NCBI GenBank assembly: GCA_041484665.1
Contig: JBGPIA010000002.1
Coordinates: forward strand, 128,001-192,000
Length of the DNA stretch: 64,000 bases
DNA from: Candidatus Krumholzibacteriia bacterium
GTDB taxonomy: Bacteria; Krumholzibacteriota; Krumholzibacteriia; JAJRXK01
Direction: 5' to 3'
The translations under genes were made by a program, and so were the position numbers. Position 1 is the stretch's first letter. Each line of letters opens with the position of its first letter. Positions 64,000 through 64,000 of this stretch are shown here, in pieces. The notes under the pieces are model-generated. The model made no database searches and was not told the origin of the DNA. It saw only the letters and a list, made by a program, of their open reading frames with translations.

Positions 64000-64000
64000 C

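Overview
A high-GC chromosomal window from a diderm bacterium. An FCB-group or candidate-phylum origin is only inferred, from the long-insert SecA, the Big_5-type lipoprotein and the Omp85 fusion. The window is almost entirely core housekeeping genes: secA, topA-trmFO-xerC-hslVU-argF, uvrC-xerD-scpAB, hisC-aroA-cmk/plsC-rpsA, miaB-lapAB-mutS-mutL-miaA, der-plsY-gpsA, surE-pcm-nlpD-apt, four tRNAs, trxA, holA, lptE, a sigma54 two-component pair and the end of an exopolysaccharide locus. I found no CRISPR array, prophage or transposase. The clearest unannotated signal is the replication terminus: a 28-bp dif site (55615-55642) lies exactly where gene orientation flips from + to -, with KOPS-type GGGCAGGG octamers pointing at it from both sides. 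Other notable items are a promoter-driven ~225-nt highly base-paired RNA candidate upstream of tRNA-Pro(CGG), an RluB-like pseudouridine synthase whose catalytic RLD is LLE, and hslV apparently initiating at CTG. There is also a sigma54-promoter-driven Rossmann-like/GAF/degenerate-GGDEF gene between mutS and mutL, fully overlapping divergent rpsT/uvrC promoters, a Cmk-PlsC fusion, and a TusA-like protein lacking its persulfide Cys. All calls are by eye from motifs; no searches were run.
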